NCBI GenBank assembly: GCA_028534125.1
Contig: CM052816.1
Span: 83,206,001 to 83,270,000 of the forward strand
Direction of reading: 5' to 3'
Length of the DNA stretch: 64,000 nt
From: Lama glama
Taxonomy: Eukaryota
Numbering within the stretch: the first letter of the stretch is position 1; every line of letters begins with the position of its first letter. Of this stretch, positions 40,321 through 53,069 are shown one piece after another. The position numbers and the translations under genes are program-made. Below the pieces are notes generated by a model. It did not search any database, had not been told where the DNA came from, and saw only the letters and a list, made by a program, of their open reading frames with translations.

Positions 40321-40854
40321 ATATAGATTTGTTTTAGCTAAACCCCACATACTCACACTAAGAAATACATCTTACCTCATGACCCAGTGTATGTGTATCT
40401 TTCTGTCTGTTTATCAGTCTTTGCCTGCATTTATCCATCTATCCATTTGCCTATGAGTCCATTTATCATTTTCATACAGATGTATTTAACTTTGTAAACA
40501 GGTCATTTATGGATAATTCCCTCTTGTTCTATTTTTAATGGTTTCAGTATCTGTTTTGAATTTTTCTATAACTTGTCATTTAAAGTGTCTTAAGCTTTCA
40601 TTTTTTTTACAATTATCCCAATTTATTGAAATACAATAAATTGAAATTAGCATACCGTAATTATAGAGCTTGAGGTATATTCACTTAATACACTCATATA
40701 TACAGCACTCAAATCAAGAAACTGAACATTACAGCATCTTGGAAGTCACTCCCATGTCACCAAAGATTAAACACTGATCTGACTTTCATGGGTTAGTTTT
40801 ATCCATTTTCATAATTATATGCCTGGAACAATAAAATGGTATATACTCCTTTTC

Positions 40855-41102
40855 TTATCTTTTTTACTTCAACCCTTTTCACCCATTCTATCCACTCCTC
40901 ACTCCTTGCCTCTGGTAAGCACTAGTCTGTCCTTTGTACCTAAGGGCTGTGTGTGTGTGTGTGTGTTTTAGATTCAACATATAAGAGAGATTATACAATA
41001 TTTGTCTTTCTCTGACTTATTTCACCTAGCATAATGCCTTTGAGGTCTATCCATGAACTTGGAAATAGCAAGGCTTCATTCATTTTTATGACTGAATAAT
41101 AT

Positions 41103-41155
<53 letters not shown>

Positions 41156-43465
41156 TTACACTTCTTTATCCATTCATCCATCAATAGACACTTGTGTTGT
41201 TTCTGTATCTTGGCTATTGTAAATAACACTGCAGTTAAAATAGGGGAGCATATGTCTTTTCAAATATGTGTTTTTGTGTTCTTCAGGTATATAACCTGAA
41301 GCAGAATAGCTGAATCATTATGGTAGTTCTATTTTTAATTTTTCAAGGAACTCCGTACTGTTTTCCATATTGGCAAAACCAATTTACAGTCCCACCAACA
41401 GTGCACGAATGTTTCCTTTTCTCCGTATTCTCACCAACACTTGTTATTTCTTGCCTTTCTAATAATGGCCATTCTAACAGATACTAGGCGATAACTCACT
41501 GTAGTTTTGATTTGTGTTTCCCTGATGATTAGTGATGTTGAACACCTTTTCTGCATACCTGTTGGCCGTATCTATGTCGTCTTTGGAAAAAACATCTATT
41601 CAGATCCTCTGCCCATTTTTAAATCAAATTGTTTGTTTGCTATTGAGTTGTATGAATTCTTTATATATTTTAGATATTAGCCTCTTATCAGGTATATGAT
41701 TTGCAAATATTTTCTCTCATTCAGTATGTTGCCTTTTCATTCTGTTAATAGTTTCCTTTGCTGTGCAGAAGCTTTTTAGAATGATGTAGCTCCACTTGTT
41801 TATTTTTGCTTTTGTTCTCTTTGCTTTGGTGTCAAATCCAAAAATTACCAAGAGCTATGTCAGGGAGCTTACTGCCTATGTTTTCTTCTAGAAGCTTTCT
41901 GGTTTCAGGTCTTATGCTTAAGTCTTTAATTCATTTTGAGTTTCCTTGTATAGTGTAAGATAGTGGACAATTTCATTCTTTTGCATGTGACTGTCCAGTT
42001 TTCCCAGCACCACTAATTGAAGAGATTGTCTTTCCCCATTGTATATTCTTGGCTCCTTTTTCATAAATTAATTCACCATATATGTGTGGGTTTATTTCTG
42101 GGCTTTCTATTCTGTTCCATTGATCTGTGTGTATGTTTTTATGCCAATACTATATTTTTAAAATTACTGTAGTTTTGTAATATAATTTGAAATCAGGGAG
42201 TGTGATGCCTCCAGCTTTGTCCTTTCTGTAGATTGCTTTGGCTATTTGGGGTCTCTCGTGGTTCCATACAAATTTTAGGATTCCCTGTTGTACTTCTGTG
42301 AGAAATGCCATTGGAATTTTGATGGTGAATGCATTGAATCTATAGATTTATTTGGGTAGTATGGACATACTAAAAATACTGATTTTTCAATCCATGATCA
42401 TGGAATATTTTTCCATGTATCTATATCTTCTTCAATTTATATCACTGATGTTTTATTGTTTTCAATATACAGGTATTTCATCTCCTTGGTTAAATTTATT
42501 CATAGATATTCTGTTCTTTTTAATGCAATTATAAGTGGATTTTTTCTTCACTTTTCTTTCTGATAGTTTATTATTGTGCAGATTTTTGTGTATTGATTTG
42601 ATATTCTGCAAGTTTACTGTATTCATTTATTAGCTTTAGTAGGTTTTTAAAGGAATCTTTAGGATTTTCTATATATAATACATCATCTAAGTGACAGTTT
42701 TACTTTCCTTCCAATTGGGATGCCTTGCTTAATTGCTCTGGTAAGACCTTCAATACTGTCTTGAATAAAAGTGACACGAGTGAGCATTCTTATCCTGTTT
42801 CTGATCTTACTAAGAAAACGTTCAACCTTTCACCATTATGATGTTAGCTGTGGGCTTGGCATATATGGCCTTTATTATTTTGAGGTATGTTCCCTCTATA
42901 AACAGATGTTAAATCTAATCAAATGCTTTCTGTGTCTATAGAGGTGATCATATGAATTTTATCCTTTTATTTTATTAATGTGGTATATCACACTGATCTA
43001 TGGATGTTGAGCTGTCCTTATATCCCTGGAATAAATCCTAATTGATCGTAATAAATTATCTTTATTATAATGTATTGTTGAATTTGGTTTGCTAATATTT
43101 TGTTGAGGATTTTTTGCACCTCTGTTCATCAAGGATATTGATCTGTAACTTTCGTTTTCTGTGGCATCCTTGTCTGGTTTTGGTATCAAGGTAGTGCTGC
43201 CTTATAAAAATTACTTTGGAGGAGTTTCCTCCTGTTTTTTTTTTTTTTTTGGAGGAGTTAAAGAAGGATTTGAATTAATTCTTATTTGAATGTTTGTTAG
43301 AATTCACCAATGAAGCAGTCCTGACCTAGGCCTTTGTTTGTTGGGGACTTTTTCATTATTGATGCAATCTCCTCATGAGTATTCAATTTGTTCACATTTT
43401 CTATTTCATCAAAATTCAATCTGGGTAGCATGTATATTTCTAGGAATTTATTCATTTCTTTTATT
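40855..43465 (-). mobile_element. L1 (L1MA9-like), ~2.6 kb, 3' UTR and ORF2 including RT
   Basis: Continuous antisense L1; ORF 42998-43189 reads 'IPKPDKDATENESYRSISLMN', an L1 RT-proximal motif. Confidence 0.92.
41107..41152 (+). repeat. (AT)23 microsatellite inside an L1 3' UTR
   Basis: Direct observation of a perfect repeat. Confidence 0.98.
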
Positions 43466-43479
43466 TTTTGTGTAGATAT

Positions 43480-43730
43480 ATTTTTATTGAATTATAGTCA
43501 GTTTACAATGTCAATTTCTGGTGTCCAGCACAGTGCTTCAGTCATACATGAACATATATATATATTCTTTTTCACCGTGAGTTACTACAAGATATTGAAT
43601 ATAGTTCCCTGCACTATACAGTATGAACTTGTTGTTCATCTATTTTATATATATATTAGTTAGTATCTGCAAATCTTGAACTCCCAGATTATCCCCTCCC
43701 ACCCTCTCCTCCCTGGTTACCACAAGTTTC
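43480..43730 (-). mobile_element. Young (camelid-type) L1 3'-end fragment
   Basis: 'ttttattgaattatagtcagtttacaatgtcaatttctggtgtccagcacagtgcttcagtcatacatgaa...ccctggttaccacaagttt'. Confidence 0.9.
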
Positions 43731-45354
43731 AAATCATAGAGTATATATATATTCTTTTGCAAATGTCTTAGTCTGTTGAGCAAAAGTATTTTGAGATATA
43801 TCCATGTTGTAGCCTACATCATTTTTTACTTCTGTATAGTATTCCATTTTATGGATACATCACATTATATCTGTGTATTCACAAACTGATGGGCACTCAG
43901 ATTATTTCAATTTGGGGCTATTATGAATAATGCTGCTAGGAAATCTGAGTATAAGTTTGGACATGTGTTTTCAATTCTCATGGATAGATTCCTAAGAATG
44001 TAATTACTGGGTAAGTTTGTTTAACTTTTAAGGAAATTGTTAGACTATTTACCAAAATGTCTATAGCATTTTACATTTCCGTCAGCAATGTCTAGGAATC
44101 CACCTTCACATATTTACCAGCCCTTGGTATTGTCTGCCTTCCTCATCGTAGCCATAAGAGTGAGTCTGTCATTATGGGCTTAATTTTCATCCTCCTAACA
44201 AGTAATGAGATTGTTGACCTTCTCCAGCATATGTTAGCCATATATATGTCTTCCTTGGAGAAAAGCACATTTGGCATTTTGTCCATTTTTCAATTGAGTT
44301 TCTTATTTTTCAGTTGTAAGTAGTATATTCTGGATACAAGTCCTTTGTCAGACATATAATTTGCAAATATACTCTTCCAATCTGTGACTTGTGTTTCCAT
44401 GTCTTTAATGATATGTTTTGAGGCACAGTGTTTTGTTGGTGGTGGTGGTGGTTTTCTTTTAAAAAATGAATTCCAAGTTATCATTTAAAAAAAGTTCTAG
44501 TTCGTGCTTTGGTGTCATTTCTGAGATCTTTTTGCCTAAGTCAGTGTTACAGATATTTAACTTTTTTTCATCAGGCTCGTATCATTTTAGCTTTTAGCAG
44601 TGGTATTTTTATGTTTTTGCATGTATTTCTTATAATTTTCTGCAAATAGGATCATGTCTTCTGAGAATAAGGTAAGTTTTGCTTTCCTTTAACAATGGAG
44701 ATTATTTTTAATTGGATTTATAATAACAATTGTTACTAGAGAAAATTGTTATAGAGGAATAATTATTATAGAAGAAAAGCAGTTGTTCACTATTAAGAAT
44801 GATGTTAGGTATTTGCTTCTATTCCTAGTCTTTTGAGAATAACTTTCTGCAACATAGCTTGACTAAAACTACTTTTTTTGTGCTTATATTAAATGCTAAG
44901 CTATGCTATAGTTATTTGGGGAGTTCAGGCGGAGTACACCTGCTGTGAGGTACTGTACTCAGTACCCTTGCGGACAGCATGTTAAATACAACATTTCCCT
45001 GGGTCATTGGTGAAGGTCCTCCTCTATCAGTCTCTACTTGCTAAACTAAGTCACTTTTAGTTGTTTAGTACTTATGGGACAAGGGGAATTAACTAATCAG
45101 ATCCAGTTTTTCTATATTTATTTATTTATTCAAATAGTATTTAAAATAATTACCCCAACTATTAACAGAAATACCTCTCTTACATATGAATTTATAATGT
45201 GGACTTCCAAGATTGGAAAGTCTATTAAAATGTTTTTAAGTTTATTGGAGTTTTCTTCTGTGAATATCTTCTATTCTTCATTTTTCACTAATACGTTTCC
45301 ATCTATTTTCTCTATACTCATATTCTTCTGAATTTCTGGTCTGCTAACAGTAGA

Positions 45355-45789
45355 ATGTCTTAGATGGAATTCTTCAGAAGCAGGTCTTGTGACGCCAACA
45401 CATGTACAAATGATTTATAAACAGTATGTTCCAGGAGAAGCCAAATAGATGAATACCATGTAAAGTTGTCAGCATTAGCCTGAGTCTGCAGGAGAGCTCT
45501 AGTGTGAGCTAACTTCAGAGTTAGTTCCAAACTCAAGAAAACAATTCAGGCTTTTATATTCCCTCACTGACTAAGGCTCACCATTGAGAGTCGGAGGCCA
45601 TAAACTACTAGGAGCTCCAAGTTCTCTGTATATAGAGGTAAATCAGGCCCAGTAGCCAAGGACAGTCCTCCAAAGACGGTATTGGACACAGGATATTAGA
45701 AGAAAATGCATACAGAGTTGGGGTGTGAGCTTACAGATAACAAAAAGAATCCAAGTAATCTGAGTGGGGTACTGACAATGCCAACTACA
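45355..45789 (-). mobile_element. ERVL solo LTR (LTR33-like)
   Basis: 'ttcttcagaagcaggtcttg', 'ggagagctctagtgtg', 'cccagtagccaaggacagtcctccaaaga'; ends 'atctgagtggggtactgacaatgccaactaca'. Confidence 0.75.
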
Positions 45790-46105
45790 TCAGATTTTCA
45801 TGCTTTGCATTATTATTGAGAATTCTTAATATATTTTATAAATCTAAGTTATTTGATCTTCTTAAAATTGTTCTGGCTTCAACTATATTACAGGACCCAA
45901 ATGAGGTATTTCACAGATAGTATTTCCATTTTAATGGAAAACATTTAGATAATATAAGTATTCAAAAATAGAATGTTTTTGTTATGCATAGTGGATTGCT
46001 AATAAATGAAATTGAATATAAACATCAGTATTGGATAGGAGATAAAAATCTATATACTATCCTTCTCAAATCTAAAATTCAGAATCTTTTTAAAATTATT
46101 AAACA

Positions 46106-46240
46106 GGGGAGAAGGTATAGCTCAGTGTTAGAGTACATGCTTAGCATGCACAAGGTCCTGGGTTCAATCCCCAGTAACTATATTAAAAAAATAATAAATA
46201 AATCTAATTACCTCCCCCTCAACAAAAAACACAAAAAAAA
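46106..46240 (+). mobile_element. tRNA-Ala-derived SINE (camelid Vic-1-like)
   Basis: 'ggtatagctcagtgttagagtacatgcttagcatgcacaaggtcctgggttcaatccccagta' has Pol III A/B boxes and an AGC anticodon arm. It is followed by an A-rich tail 'aaataaatctaattacctcccc...aaaa'. Imperfect TSD: aattattaaac (46094-46104) / aattatgaaac (46249-46259). Confidence 0.9.
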
Positions 46241-47736
46241 TTTTCTTTAATTATGAAACTCATTGAAGAATTTATATCACATAATTTATTGCATGCCTTT
46301 CAAAGTAGGAAACAAAACACTCCAATTTTTGGTTTTTCCTCCTATTATAACAGCCAGATTGGTATTATTTACAAATTAAAGCATGAGGTACAGAAGAAGA
46401 GTGGCTCACAAGTGAGGTCTAGGAAGACTTTCAGACTAACACTGCAGCAAGTACGTGCCATGACTGCTCTTTGCCATTTTGAAAGAAAGTAACTTATTAC
46501 TTTTTGATTTCAGAGGCCTTTATAGCTTGGGTATGTATTTTATAAGAGAAGACATGTTAATTCTCTAAACAAGTAATTATTCTGTTTAATTACTTTCTTA
46601 TTAAGAAGCCAGCTGATCACGATTCTTCTTCCATACAATGAAGTCTTCAGATTTTTTGAAGGAATTATATTTAATCTCTTTGTCAGTATTGGACAGTTAC
46701 AAATGCTCATAACATGTTGAACTCTTTCAGATGCTAGGGATGACACATGTACAAGGAAAATAATACTAAATTTCACTGCTCTCATTTTAGCAGAGCTGAA
46801 GTGTGCTGATGTCGAATAGACAGTACAATGTCATTTAAAATGCAAGTCTGAAAAGTTAACTGAGAAATATCACATTTAACAGGAAACAAGAGGGAAAATG
46901 AACAACAGCATAGATAAGAGTACATTTAGTAAAAAGGCCATTTCAGATTTTGGAAGTGGATAGAAGCCCATCAACCTAATATGAAAAGGTGATAACCACA
47001 CTGCCAGAAAGAGCTACTTTACTGTGATATCTAAAATGATGAGTGAGGCAAAATGCTTCTGAGATCAGAACGATGAACTTTGTTTCACTTTTATACTGTC
47101 TTATAATTTTGTGTATCAATATGCTGGCACCTGAATTTGTAGATATTTCCATGTCTTCATCAGTGGTAAATTTCTGTCAGTATGTACTTAGGGATCATTT
47201 AATTTGCTTTACAAGGCTTAAAAAAACCCTATGCTTTGAGAATCATGAAGTGTCAACAGCATAAAGAATGGAAAAAGGATAAACTTCAAAAAGCACACAT
47301 TCAGAATCTGCCTTTTATAGTTGTTATCACAAGACAAAGAATTGACACCATGTTACTTGTCAAAGGGAGTTGTTCACGGCTGTATAAGCTTTCAAGGGAG
47401 TGTGAATAAGGAGTGATGCTCAGTGAAGACTTAACTTTAGAAAACGAGGAAATTCTGAATTAAAAGAGCCACTAGAAGGCACTGAATGCACAGTACTTGG
47501 AATTGCATAACAAGGGACATCACATGTCTTTGGCCTCTACCAGTGCCTGTAAGGACAAAATCAAGAGTGATAAACAAGTTAGATAACTCATAGCTAAACT
47601 TAAGTCAAAAACAAAGAATTTTCTGTGGGGGAAGAAAAAGAATGGGACTAAATGAAATAAATTAAGGAGGTATGCTTGTAAAAATATTGGAGTTCTCAAA
47701 TTAAGATTTATGTTTCTTTTTCAATAATTAAATTTT

Positions 47737-50700
47737 TATTTTTAATGAAGTATATTTGATTTACAATATTAGTTTCAGGTATATAACATAGTGACTCAAT
47801 ATTTTTATAGACTAAACTCCATTTAAAGTTATTACAAAATAACAGCAGTATTTCCCAGGGCTGTAAAATATATCCTCATTTTATACTAAGTATTTTATTT
47901 CTTAATCCCCGTCTCTATCCTGGTCTCCCCTTCTCTCTCCCCACTGGTAACCATTAATTTGTTCTCTATATCTGTGAGTCTGTTTGTTTTGTTATATACA
48001 TTCCTTTGTTTTATTTTTTTAGATTCCACACATAAGTTATCATATAGAGTATTTGTCTTTCTTTGTCTGACATATTTCACTAAGCATAACATTATGTCCA
48101 TCCACATTGTTGCAAATGGCAGAATTCCATTCATTTTTATGGCTGAGTAATATTCCATTTGTATTTATATACTACATCTGGTCTATCTATTAATCTGTTG
48201 GATACATAGGCTGCTTCCATATTTTGGTTATTGTAAGTAATGCTGCTGTGAACATTGAGTTACATGTATCTTTTCAACTTAGTGTTTTCATTTTCTTTGA
48301 GTATATACCCAGGATGGTAATTGCTGGATCATATGGTAGTTCTGTTTTTAGTTTTTTGAGAAACTTCCATTCTGTTTTCCATTGTAGCTGCACTAAGATA
48401 CATTGGCATCAATTGTGTATGAGGATTCTCTTTTCTCCACATTCTCAGCATTTGTTATTTGGAGACTTTTTAATGATAGACATTTTGACATGTGTGAAGT
48501 GGTATCTCATTGTGGTTTTGATTTGCATTTCTTTGATGACTGGCTATGTTGAGCATCTTTTCATGTACCTGCTGGCTATCTGTATATTTCCTTTGGACAA
48601 ATGTCTTTTCAGATCTTCTGCCCATTTATTAATGGGACTCTTTTTTTATAATTGAGTTGTGTGAGTGGCTTATATATTTTAGATATTAATCTCTTATTGC
48701 TCATATAATTTGCAAATATTTTCTCCCACTCAATAGGTTGTCTTTGTTTTGTTGATGTCTTCCTTTGCTGTGCAATAACTTTTAATTTTAATTGGGCCTC
48801 ATTTGTTTATTTTTGCTTTTGTTTCTTTTACCTTGAGATAAATCTGAAAAGGTATATTGTTATGATTTATGTCAGTGTTCTGCCTATGTTCTCATGTAGG
48901 AGTTTTATGGTTTCTAGTCTTACATGCAGGTCTTTAATCCATTTTTAGTTTATTTTGATATATAGCATCAGAAAATGTTCTAATTTCTTTCTTTTACATG
49001 CAGCTGTTCAGTTTTCCCAGCACTACTTATTGAAGCGATTTTCTTTTCCTATGGGATATTCTTGCCTCTTTTGTTGTAGATTGACCATAGATGCATGGGT
49101 GCATGGGTTCATTTCTGGGCTCTCCTTTCTTTTCATTGATCTGTGTGTCTGTTTTTGTGCCAGGTCAAAGCTGTTTTGACTACTGTGGCTTTGAAGTATA
49201 GTCTGAAATCAGAGAGCATGATAACTTGAGCTTTGTACTTTTTTCTCAAGATTGCTTTGGCAATTTGAGGTCTTTTGCTGTTCCATATAAATCTTAGAAT
49301 TATTAGGTCTTGTTTGGTGAAAAGTGTTATGTCTGTTTTGATAGGGATTGTATTAAACATGTACATTTCTTGGTGTAGTCTGGACATTTTGACAATAGTA
49401 ATTCTTCCAATCCAAGAATACAGGGTCTTTCCATTTCCTTGTATCATCTTCAATTACCTTAATCAGTGTTTTGTAGTTTTCAGAGTATAGATCTTCACCA
49501 TCTTGCTTAAGTTTATTCCTAGGTATTTTATTCTTTTTGATAACTTTAAACAAATTATTTTTTTCTCTTTATTATTAGTGCATAGAAAAGCAACTGATTT
49601 CTGTATATTAATGTTGTATCCTGCAACTTCACTGAATACATTTATTCTAATAGTTTTTTGGTGGAGACTTGAGTTTTCCATGTATAGTATTATGTGATCT
49701 GTAAATAGTGAGAGTTTTACTTCCGCCAATTTAGGTGCCTTGTAGTTTTTTTTTCTTTTTTCTCTTTTCTGCTTGCTGTGGCTAGGACTTCCAATACTGT
49801 GTTAAACAGAAGTGTCAAAAATGGGCATCCTTGTCTTGTTCCTGATTTTAGTAAAAAGCTTTCAGCTTTCCAGAAGTAAACATGATATTAGCTGTGGGTT
49901 TGTCAATATTGTTATTTATTATGTTGAGACATGTTCCCTCTATACACACTTTGATGAGAGCTTTTATCATGAATGGAGTTGAATTTTCTCAAATGCTTTT
50001 TCTGGATCTATTGAAACTATCATGTGATTTTTATTCTTCCTTTTGTTAACGTGGTGTATCACATTGATTGGTTTGCAAATGTCAAACCATTCTGTGACCC
50101 TATAATAAATCCTACTTGATCATGGTGTATGATTCTTTTTATGTATTGTTAGGTTCAGTTTGCTAATATTTTGTTGAGGATTTTTGCATCTATATTCATC
50201 AGATATATTTGTAGGTTTTTTTTTTTTTTTGTAATGTCTTTCTCTGGTTTTGGTATCAGGGTAATGGTGGCCTTGTAGAATGAATTTGGGAGTGTTCCAT
50301 CCTCTAATTTTTTGGATATTTTGAGACAGATAAGGTCTTCTTTATATGTTTGATAGATTCTCTTGTAAAGCCATCCAGTCTTGGACTTATGTTTGCTGGT
50401 AGTTTTTTGTTTTTTGGTTTTGTTTTGTTTTTTATTACAAATTCAGTTTCACTAGTGATCAGTCTCTTCAGATTGTTGAAGGGTTGTATGCTTCTAGAAA
50501 TGTATCCATTTCTTTTAGGTTGTTTAATTTGTTGATATATAAATGTTCATAATATTATGATTTTTTTGTATCTATGATATTGGTTGTTATTTCTCCTCTT
50601 TCATTTCTTATTTTGTTTATATGTGTTCTTTTTTCTGGGTTAGCCTGGCTAAATGTTTCTCACCTTTGTTCGTCTTTTGAGAAAAACAGCTCTTCATTTA

Positions 50701-52238
50701 TTAATCTTTTCTAATTGTTTTGTCTCTATTTTACTTACTTTCCTTCTGATCTTTATTATTTCTTTCTCTCTGCTGACTGGGGGCTTTGTTCTTTTTTTAC
50801 TTCCTTTAGATAGTAATTTATGTTGTTTATAAGATTTTTCTTGTTTCTTGAGGTAGGCATATATTACTATAAACTTCCCTGCTTTTGATGCATCACATTG
50901 ATTTTGTAAGTTTGTGTTTCCATTCTCATTAGTCTCAAGGTGTTTTCTGATTTCCTCAATGAATTCTACTTTAATCTATTGGTTTTTTAGTCACATGTTG
51001 TTTAGTCTCTATGTTTGTGTTCTTTTCCCATTTTCCTTCCTGATTTAAGTCTTACACTGTTGTGGGTAGAAAGGATGTTTGATATAATTTCTATCCTCTT
51101 AAATTTGTTGAGACATGTTTCATGGCCAACATGTGATCTATCCTGGCAAATATTCCACATATGCTTGAAAAGAATGTGTATTATGGTGTTTTTGTATGGA
51201 ATTTCCTATAGGTTTTCTATTAAGTCCAAGTTGTCTAATGTGTCATATATGATCACTGTTCCCTTATTGATTTTTTTAGTCTGGATGATCTATCCATTGA
51301 TATATATGTTGTATTAAAGTCCCCTACTATTATTACATTATTGTCAATTTCTCCCTTTATAGATGTTAATATTTACTTTATATATTTAGATGCTCCTGTA
51401 TTAGGTGCATATATGTTAAAAAGGATTAAGAAAAGAATATATACTTCTTACCACATAGAATGCCTTCTTTGTCTTTTGTTATAGCTTTTGTTTTAAAGTC
51501 ATTTTGTCTGTATTTTATCCTTGCTTTCTTGTGTCCAGTTACATAAAATATCTTTTCCCATCCCCTAAACTTTCAGTCTGTGTATCTTTAGCTCTAAAGT
51601 GGTCTCTTGAAGGCAGCAAATAGATGGGTCTTGGCTTATTATCTAAGGTCACCTTTTGTCCTTTGAAAAAAATTTAGTCTCTTGACATTTAAAGTGGTAA
51701 TTAATATGTATGTATTTATTGCTATTTTGTTTCTTGTTTCCTGGTTTTTGTAGTTCTGTTTTTTCTTCTTTTTTTAGTTTCTTCTCTTCGGGTTTGGTAA
51801 TTTTTTTAGTGGTATGCTTGTGTTCCTTATTCTTTAGTTTTTATGTATCTCTCATGAGCAGAATCAAGGCTTCCCACAGCTCTCTTGTTAGACACCAGCC
51901 TTCCAACCAGCCAAGGGGATTTGTCTTCCAGGTGTCAGACCCCAGGCCTGGGGTGCCCACTTTGTGACTTGAACCAATAATTGCCCAGGTAGGAACTCCA
52001 CCTGTGTAATCACCTCTTCTGAGTCCCTGCCCAGGAGCACAAGTCCCAAACTGATGGCTTGCTTTCCTTCCTAGCCAGTTCTGTATGGATCTGTTGTATA
52101 GCCTTGGTTGTATAGGGGTCTTTCTGCAAGTCTCCAGTTAGTTTTCAGTTAGAATTGTTCCACATGTAGATATATTTTTGATATGTTATAGGAGAAGGTA
52201 AGTTACACATACTCCTACTCCACCATCTTAATCTCCTC
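47737..52238 (-). mobile_element. L1 with both termini but ORF1 deleted (~390 bp 5' UTR joined to inter-ORF spacer, decayed ORF2 and 3' UTR)
   Basis: Minus-strand start 'gaggagattaagatggtggagtagg' (YY1-type L1 5' end). ORF2 N-terminus IAINTYILITTLNVKRLN begins at 51725. RT motifs '[17 protein letters not shown]' and '[11 protein letters not shown]' are present. Imperfect TSD: caataattaaatttt (47722-47736) / cagtaatttcaaatttt (52238-52254). Confidence 0.9.
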
Positions 52239-52311
52239 AGTAATTTCAAATTTTAGTTGGATTACTCTGACCAATACATTAGTATAAGTAAATTCAGGAT
52301 TCCAGTTAGGA

Positions 52312-52420
52312 AGTAACTAATAGCAAATGCTTACATTGCACTTACCACATTTTGGCCACTTATTCTAAGCATATTATGTGAAATAACTCATTTAATCCTC
52401 ACAATAAATATAATTAGAAG
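52312..52420 (-). mobile_element. MIR SINE 3' fragment
   Basis: 'taatagcaaatgcttacattgcacttacc...ttctaagcatatta...taactcatttaatcctcacaata'. Confidence 0.75.
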
Positions 52421-52678
52421 AAATTTGGTAATAAACACTTACCCTAGGTTAAAATTTTTTTCATACCATGACTTTGGGTGTTATCTTGGTTTAATGAATT
52501 CTTTGTTGGATGTTATAATGTAATTTGTAAAGGAATCTAATGACAACAGAGTGTGTAAGTACTAATCAGCTGGCTTTAGAGGCTAAGGGTACTTGTACCA
52601 ACATTTGTAACCCTGTAAAAAGGAAAAAAAAAAACGTAAAGAAGCTTTCTTTCTTATCTGTCTGAAGTATGGAGCACT

Positions 52679-53069
52679 TGTATAATAGATTGCTAGAGCT
52701 GCCGTAACAAAATGTCATGAACTGGGTGACTTGAACAACTGAAGTTCATTGTCTCAAAGTTCTGGAGGCTAGAAGTTCAAGATCCAGGTGTAAACAGGGT
52801 TAGTTACTTCTAGGGCCTGTCTCCTTACATTACATCTCCTCCCTGTGTCTTTTTCACATCATCTTCTTTCTATACTTGCCTATCTCTCTGTACACCTTTT
52901 TACTTTGTATAAGGACACTATATATATTGGATTAGGGCTTGCCCTATCAACCATATTTTAACCTAGTTACCTCTGTAAAAACTCTTATCTCTACATAAGA
53001 TCAAATTCTATTGTACTGGAGAGTAGGACTCCAACTTTTTTGAGGGGGAAGGTCACAATTTATAATAAC
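52679..53069 (-). mobile_element. MaLR solo LTR (MLT1B/C-like)
   Basis: 'tgtataatagattgctagagctgccgtaacaaa...gttctggaggctagaagttcaagatc...tataaggacactatatatattggattagggc'. Confidence 0.88.

Larger units (their letters stand above)
40600..44840 (-). mobile_element. Old L1ME/MB-like host element (parts 40600-40850 and 43731-44840) split by younger L1s
   Basis: 3' end 'cactcaaatcaagaaactgaacattacagcatc...ttagttttatccattt'. It resumes at 43731 with 'aatcatagagtat...tttgagatatatccatgttgtagc'; ORF 44290-44484 reads 'QVTDWKSIFANYMSDKGLVSRIY'. Confidence 0.75.

Noticed and set aside
44941..44979. Hairpin tgctgt-gaggtactg-tact-cagtacc-cttgcgg-acagca as a miRNA/snoRNA
   Set aside because: Only a 7-bp plus 6-bp interrupted stem, too short for a pre-miRNA, with no convincing box motifs; plausible by chance.
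46113..46180. Functional tRNA-Ala gene
   Set aside because: The acceptor stem and D-loop are mutated, and it has a SINE-type A-rich tail and TSD.
49133..49729. Reverse-transcriptase-like ORFs
   Set aside because: Decayed L1 ORF2 split over several frames; the catalytic FADD motif reads FTDH, so it is not a functional or novel RT.
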